Source: Coniocarpon cinnabarinum (Eukaryota). Taken from it: 42,438 nucleotides of DNA. Position 1 is the first letter of the stretch, and the number at the start of each line of letters is the position of its first letter. Below are positions 35,686 to 42,438 of this stretch, piece after piece. The stretch lies in assembly GCA_051942205.1 (NCBI GenBank), contig JAVECO010000189.1, forward strand, positions 1 through 42,438, read 5' to 3'. The translations under genes and the position numbers were made by a program. The notes under the pieces were generated by a model that was not told the origin of the DNA, did not search any database, and saw only the letters and a program-made list of their open reading frames with translations.

Positions 35686-37873
35686 ATGCAGCGCTACTAC
35701 GGCTTAAAGGGAAGCGCCCTGAACATCACCATTGGTTTCATTGCTGGCCTTGATTTTCTCCTCTTCGGTTACGATCAAGGCGTCACGGGCGGCCTCTTGA
35801 AGCTTGCTTCTTTCCAGAAGCAATTCCCCGAAATCAACCCGTATAACTATCAATGCCCGGATGCAAAGACTGTGGCTAGCCAGTATGACTGCCCGCAAGG
35901 GGATGAAAAGCTGTATCAGAAGTATTCAAACTATCAAGGTGGGTGCTTTGGACACACTCTGTGCCTCGTCCATGCATCAATGGCATTGTGCCATTGAGAA
36001 TGTGCTGTCGCAGCGCGAGTGACTCGACATGACCGCGAAACGATCCCGCTGACCCAATACCTTAGCGATTGCCGTCTCTGCATACAATTTAGGTTGCTTC
36101 TTGGGAGCCTGCTGCTGCATTTGGCTTGGCAATATCCTCGGTCGCAAACGTACCATCTTCACCGGCAGCTCGATCATGATAGTCGGCGCCATCCTGCAGT
36201 GTGCAGCTTTTCGCACCCCCCAGTTCATCGTCGGACGCATTGTAACGGGGTTCGGAAATGGACTCAACACAAGCACCGTCCCGACGTGGCAATCTGAGAC
36301 TTCCAAGTCCCACCGCAGGGGCCAACTGGTAATGCTGGAGGGCTCGCTGATCACCGCTGGCGTCATGATTAGCTACTGGATAGACTTTGGCTTCTATTTC
36401 ATTGGCGAGCAGTCCGTCGCTTGGCGTTTCCCGTTGGCTTTCCAGATCTTCTTCGCTTTGATCATAGTCTGCGTTGTATTAGGCTTACCCGAGTCTCCGC
36501 GCTGGCTCATCCTCAAAGGGCGTGAAGATGAGGCTCTGGAGGTCCTGGAAGCTTTGAACAACACCTCTCGAGACGACAAGTATATTCAAAACGAATTTAC
36601 CTCTATCAAAGAGACGGTACTGGAAATGAGTAGAGGAAGCTTCCGCGACCTATTCACAATGTGTGTATTCCATTCCCAAGCCAGGGGGAAGAGTATCTGA
36701 CATAGGACACATAGGCATCCAGAGTCTCGCCACCTTCATCGCACTGTTCTAGCATACGTTAATCAAATGTTTCAGCAGATCTCAGGTGTAAGTAAGGCCC
36801 GCGAAATTGCTGAGCGCAAAATCTGCGCTTGTGCTGATGCGGACCAACAGATCAATCTCATCACCTATTATGCTCCTGTCATATATACAACGATTGGTTT
36901 GAGTGGCTACTTGCCTTCCCTGCTTACGGCTTGTAATGGAACAGAATACTTCCTGTCCTCGCTTATCGCAATCGCTGTCATTGAAAAGATCGGCAGGCGC
37001 AAGCTTATGCTTTTTGGCGCTGCAGGCATGAGCCTAGGCATGGTCGCACTTACGATTTCGACCAAGTTCTCCGACCAAGGCAACCAATCGGCCGGTGTCA
37101 GCTCAGCGTTTTTTCTTTTCTTCTTCAACACTTGCTTCGCACTTGGCTGGCTAGGCATGACTTGGTAAGTGGCTTTTTCTGTTTGTTAAAGCTTCGGCAT
37201 GCGTTTCACACATCGAGAGATCGAAATGCACCAATTCTGATATTGCGCATTACACGTCGCTATCTCATCAAAGAGCAAGGCCGAACTAGAATTCGTTGGA
37301 CGGTTCCTTCAGGTACCAAGAGTCATCAATGACCGGAAGTCCATTGTGGGTCAAGCAGGCTAAGCAGCCTCCGCTAACATTGGTGATATAGGCTGTATCC
37401 AGCTGAAATTGTCCCACTACGCATTCGAGCTCCTGCTAATGCTTTGTCGACTACGGCAAACTGGCTATTCAATTTCACAGTTGTCATGATCAGTCCGCCT
37501 GCGTTCGCAAACATTGGATACCAAACATACATAATCTTCGCCGTCATGTAAGTGGCATTGTGACTTCTGGGATGCAGCTCATGCTGACGCGAATAGCAAC
37601 GCCTTCATTTTCCCCGTCGTGTACTTCTTCTATCCTGAGACCAAATTGCGCTCCCTGGAGGAAATGGACATGATATTTGCCAAGAGCGGATGGTTCTCGT
37701 GCGTTCGCAATTCCATCAACGAACCATACCATTATGACAAGGAGGGTCAGCTTCTCATTCCATTCGATCAGGAGGAGTATCGTCGGTACAGCAGAACAAG
37801 CTTCGACCAGGAGAAAGGCGGAGAGGGTGATGGGACCCATGAGCCACCCAGCAGCGATGAAAATTTGACCTAA
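35686..37873 (+). CDS. MFS sugar porter (STL1-like hexose/polyol:H+ symporter)
   Basis: LFGYDQGV, LGRKR, GRIVTG.G.G, PTWQSE, PESPRWL, QQISGINLITYY, GRRKL, WLYPAEI, YPETK.RSLEE. Introns 35939-36065, 36661-36713, 36788-36850, 37165-37391 and ~37548-37597. Confidence 0.93.
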
Positions 37874-38599
37874 GCGTTCACTCTTCTGGCCTGGCTTGTT
37901 TTGTCTTGCGACACAGTGGCTACAGCAGGACATTGAACACTATTCGATACCATCGTATCTGACTTATGCATAACTCTGTGACGATGATTGTTGACGTCTT
38001 GCACTTTTCTTAGCTTATCATGTATGTGTTTCGGGCGCTCGATAGAGAGCAGGAGTGAGTGTGGAAGGACGGCGATCACGTTGAGAGCAAGGGACAGGTA
38101 GAAGCAACGCAATGGATTGTTGTTTTGTCATCTTGGACTGCTGATGCCTTCCTCTGCATGGTCCCTTAATCCTAGCTTGTCATAACTATGACATGAGTCT
38201 AGTATTGTTAAGCACGTATTTTTGCGTATAAAATACCAGCTAATAGTACTACAAGCTTGAGCTTGAAGTCGGAATTGAGAAGAAAGCGATCTAATATCAG
38301 CACCTGATTAATCGCTTAAGTGATATAACATTTACTAGTGCGTGATTAACAAGCCATACCAGGGCAACCTATTAGGCTTCTAATACCAATAGCAATAAAT
38401 TAGAGGCCTTTCTAGAGGCTGCAAGATACTTGCAATAGGGTTTTGAAACGTCCCTAGAATAATTTGAAGTTTTATGATTTTATGATGAGGTTAAACCGAA
38501 GTAGAGCCTGAACTACGTTGTGAAGCTCTAACGCTAGAATAGATTTTAAGATTAGTCTTGGTATTAGTCGCAGTAATAGGAGAGACTTAAGTATTTCAT

Positions 38600-41500
38600 A
38601 TATTTAAGGTGACCTTTGTGTTAAACTCTAAAGTTTTGAACTAGTTATATAATATTAATAATAGTGTTTTTAATCTAGCTTAAAACTAGCTTAACCCTAG
38701 CTTAGTAGTAGTATTAGTACTAATGTTAGTAATAGATCTAATCACAAAACTAGATTTTTAACTAAAGTTATAGTTATATTTGATGTTATTATTATAACTA
38801 TAAAATTAAGCTAGAATTTAAGCTTTAAAATAGACTAAAAATAGTTTCAAAATGATTATAATATAGTCAGTTTATAGTTTTTAAACTATAAACTAAATAC
38901 ATTATAATTCTAATAAGATGGAATCTTTTATAAAAACCTTAGGGGCCTTCTTAGAAGTTTTAATAAGGTATTAAAACTATATTAAGCTAGTTTTAAAGCC
39001 GTTTTAAAACGATTATAGGTCTTAAGACTAGCTTAATACTAGCTTAAAACCTTATATAGCTCTAAATTAATATAGATATTTATTATTAGATCTAGTTTTA
39101 AATTTATTTTAGTAATAATTTTTATTATAATTATATATTTTAGTTTTAGACTAGCTTTTAGACTTAAAATTAACTTTATCTTAATATTTATTATATTATA
39201 GTAGTCTATATCTAATTTAGTACTAGTTCTAAAACTAGTTATAATATTAGTTTTAGTAATATATTAGGTTTTTTTATTAAAATTAATATTAATTTTATTA
39301 CTAGCTTTAGTAATTAAGTTTATATTTTAATCTACATTAAAAGCTATATTAATACATTTATTAATTTTAGATATTCTAGGTTATAACTACTTAATTAAGA
39401 ATATAGCTTTCTTTTAATTTTTAAATTCTAACTTTTTAACTAGCTATACTACTAAATTTTTTTTTAAAAAAATTTAGAGTTTTTAGCTAGAATTACTATA
39501 TAAAATATTGAAATATAAGCTTTATATATCTAAACAGGCCTAGTTTATTAAATTTTTTATAAGTTAAAATTTATACTACTAAAGATAGAATTTTATGTTA
39601 TGACTAATATTTAACCTTAAAAGGTTTAAGATTTTAGTAAAAAAAATAGTAATTATCTAGTTAAAATATAGCTAAAAATAGTCAAAAAACTATATTAAAA
39701 CTATTCTAAAACTATTTTAAACTTATTTTTAGGTATAAAACTAAGCTTAATTTTATAACTGTAACTATAAACCTACCTGTAACTTTAACTAAAACTAGAT
39801 ATAATATTAGAGCTAGTACTAAAGCTAGATCTAATACTAACACTAGTACTAAAACTAATACTAAGCTAATTTTGATATAGTTCAAAACTAGTTTTAAACT
39901 AGTTTTAAAATCCTATTACTACTACCTTAGTGTCAAGCTCTTAGGTTTCAAACTAGTTATATAATAGTAGTAATATAGTTTTGAACTAGTTTTAAAACTA
40001 TATTAAAACTATATTAAAACTAGCTTAGTATTAGTTTTACTACTAGTTTTAGTATTAGATCTAGCTTTAGTATTAGATCTAGCTCTAGTACTAGTAATAA
40101 TATTAAACCTAGTTTTAGTTAAAGTTATATTTATAGTTGTAGTTATAGTGATAAGATTGAGCTTAGTTTTATGCTTAGATTAGTTTTAAAACAATTTTAA
40201 TAAAGTTTTTTAACTACCTATAGGCTAACTCTAAGATTTAAGATACCGTACTATTACTATATTACGTTAGTATTATATATAGTATTAATATTAGTATTAT
40301 TATAGTATTAGTACTATGTTAGTATTAAATAGGTATTATATTAGTACTATATTAGCACCCTTTCTAGTATAGTGACATTTTATATATATATTTAATATCT
40401 ATATTAATATTATATTAAGCTTTATATAAAGTTATTTATAAGATTAGTTATACGTTAGTATTAAATATTCTTGTACTATTATAGTATTATAGTATTTATT
40501 ACTAGTTATATATTAGTAATCTTACTATATTAGGTTAGATGTAGATTTAGTACTAGATCTAGTACTATAGTTAGTACTCTATATATGTACGCTATAAATA
40601 GATAGTTGTAGTTATATAGATATAGTACTAGGTATAGTAATTAATTTATAGATAATTAACGCTTTAGTTATAGTATAGCTAAAAATACCTATCTATCTTC
40701 TTACTATTATTTAATATTATACTTATCTTTAAGAACGCCTTTATAAAGTATACTATACTATTATCAACTACTAAAAACCTAAAGACCTATTACTAATCTA
40801 TATACTATACTAAAAGTCTAAGTACTTTGTTTACTATATTTATACTATATATCTAATAATACAAAGCTCTATAGTAATTAAAAATAGTAGTATTATATAT
40901 TAAAAATAGTACTTAAAAATTTAATTAATATATATAAGATAATTAATTATTTAATAAAAGTATATAAAATTTTTAATATTAATTATTTAGTATTACTAGT
41001 TAGCTCTATAATCTAATATTAGCTATAGATATATTTTTAAAAATAGCTTACTTTATTATAGTACCTATAAGTTTATATAAGTAAGTTACTACTTTTAGTA
41101 GACTAGTTTATATAAATATATAATATTAGCCTTACTATAGTCTTAATTTAAGGCTCTATATATAAAGTAGACAAATATATAATTAAAAGAAAGATAATAA
41201 AAAAAGTAGACTTAATTATAATAAAAAAATACTAATTTTAGTATAAATTTTAGTAAAAATATTAAAATATATTAGTATATATAATCTTAAAAAATAGTTA
41301 CTAGCTTAGAATTATTTTTATTACTTTTATACTTTACTAATAATAAAAAGCTATATATAAGTACTTAATAGCGCTTATTTAACTTAGTTACTATATTATT
41401 AATATAATTATATTTACTTTATATATCTAAAAAGCCTAGTTTTAGTAACTATCTTATATTTTTTTTATATAAATATATAGTTTATAAAATTTAGTAGAGC

Positions 41501-42438
41501 TATATTATCTACTATTTATTTAAATATTCTAGAATTAATATTAATAGTATATAATATAAGTAAATACTATATTTTTATACTTTAATTTACTAGTAAGTAT
41601 ATTATAGTTTATAATAGTTATATACTTTTAAATAATATTTATAAAATATAGACTAGTATATATATTAAGTAAGCTTAAAAGTTACTATAATAACTTAGTA
41701 CCTTATTTTTTTTTACTATACTAGAGCTTTATAATAAAAAGATTCTTTATCTTAAAAAACTTAATAGTATTATTAATAATAAGCTCTAGATTTTATATTT
41801 TATCTAAGCTATATATATCTTTATAAATAGGCGTACTATTATTATTATTACTATTATAAACTATATTAGTATATTTAACTAGAAATTAATAAGCTTTATA
41901 TACTTAAATAGTCTAGTTATATATATTATTTAGAGACTAGTAGTATTTAGTATAGATTAATATATTATACTTAGCTATAATATAGAAGGCCTTAATAACT
42001 TATTTAAGTAATAAAAGATAACTAGTAAATTAATATATAATAGTAGCTAGAAAGGCTATATAATACTAGCCTATCTATAAATAGGTTCTTAAAATTAGTA
42101 GTATAAAAATTATTACTCTTTCTATCTCTAATAATAACTAAAACTTAATATAAAAATATAGAACTTTAGATACATAGCTAACTTAATAAATATAAAAATA
42201 TTTAAAATACTTTAAAATAAGTAGTATAACCTTATTATATTAGTATATATAAAAATAATAAACTTTATAAATTTTAATTAAGTCTATACTATTTAGAATA
42301 TAGTATATTAGATAAATATATTGAAATAAGATCTAAATTTAATACTAACTATACTATAGGTAGTAGCTTTTTATATATACTATAATCTTTTAAGAACTTT
42401 TAATATACTCTACTACTTATATTTATAGTATTATAATA
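38600..42438. repeat. AT-rich RIP-degraded repeat block
   Basis: Same dinucleotide signature as the left block. Gradient over ~38150-38650. Residual TG/CA is more common up to ~40400 than beyond it. Confidence 0.9.
39678..40215. repeat. Long imperfect inverted repeat (~250-bp arms, ~40-nt loop)
   Basis: The reverse complement of ~39810-39868 (tagcttagtattagttttagtactagtgttagtattagatctagctttagta) nearly matches 40021-40072 (tagcttagtattagttttactactagttttagtattagatctagctttagta). Inner ends are at ~39924 and ~39965. Confidence 0.85.

Noticed and set aside
4500..38300. Whole island as cargo of a Starship or other giant element
   Set aside because: No DUF3435 tyrosine recombinase or matching termini were seen, and the content is largely core single-copy genes.
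38691..38700. Telomere-like TAACCCTA
   Set aside because: Single imperfect unit, no array.

Overview
Eukaryotic DNA from a filamentous ascomycete. A ~34 kb gene island of ordinary base composition (~4.5-38.3 kb) lies between two extremely AT-rich blocks (1-~4500 and ~38600-42438) that show the signature of repeat-induced point mutation (RIP): CpA/TpG almost absent, TpA abundant. I spliced the genes by hand from GT/GC-AG and branch-point signals. In order they are: Zn2Cys6 transcription factor, HAD type II hydrolase, SIMPL/DUF541 protein, probably disrupted YjlB-like cupin, RNPS1-like SR-RRM protein, profilin, GPR89/GPHR, MCP1-like protein, an orphan spliced gene, delta-8 sphingolipid desaturase, acetoin-reductase-type SDR, a possible second orphan, phosphopentomutase/PGM2-like enzyme, UBR7/Mlo2, MCM2, a secreted GH3 beta-glucosidase and an MFS sugar porter. 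The most notable unexplained features are a ~540 bp fold-back with a third direct copy in the right AT block, a border micro-cluster (TF-HAD-SIMPL-cupin) with repeated CGG and palindromic motifs, a CxC zinc knuckle in MCM2, two GC-AG introns and two orphan genes. No rRNA, tRNA, CRISPR or intact transposon ORF was seen, and I cannot claim a clearly new biological system. Family assignments come from motif recognition, not database searches.
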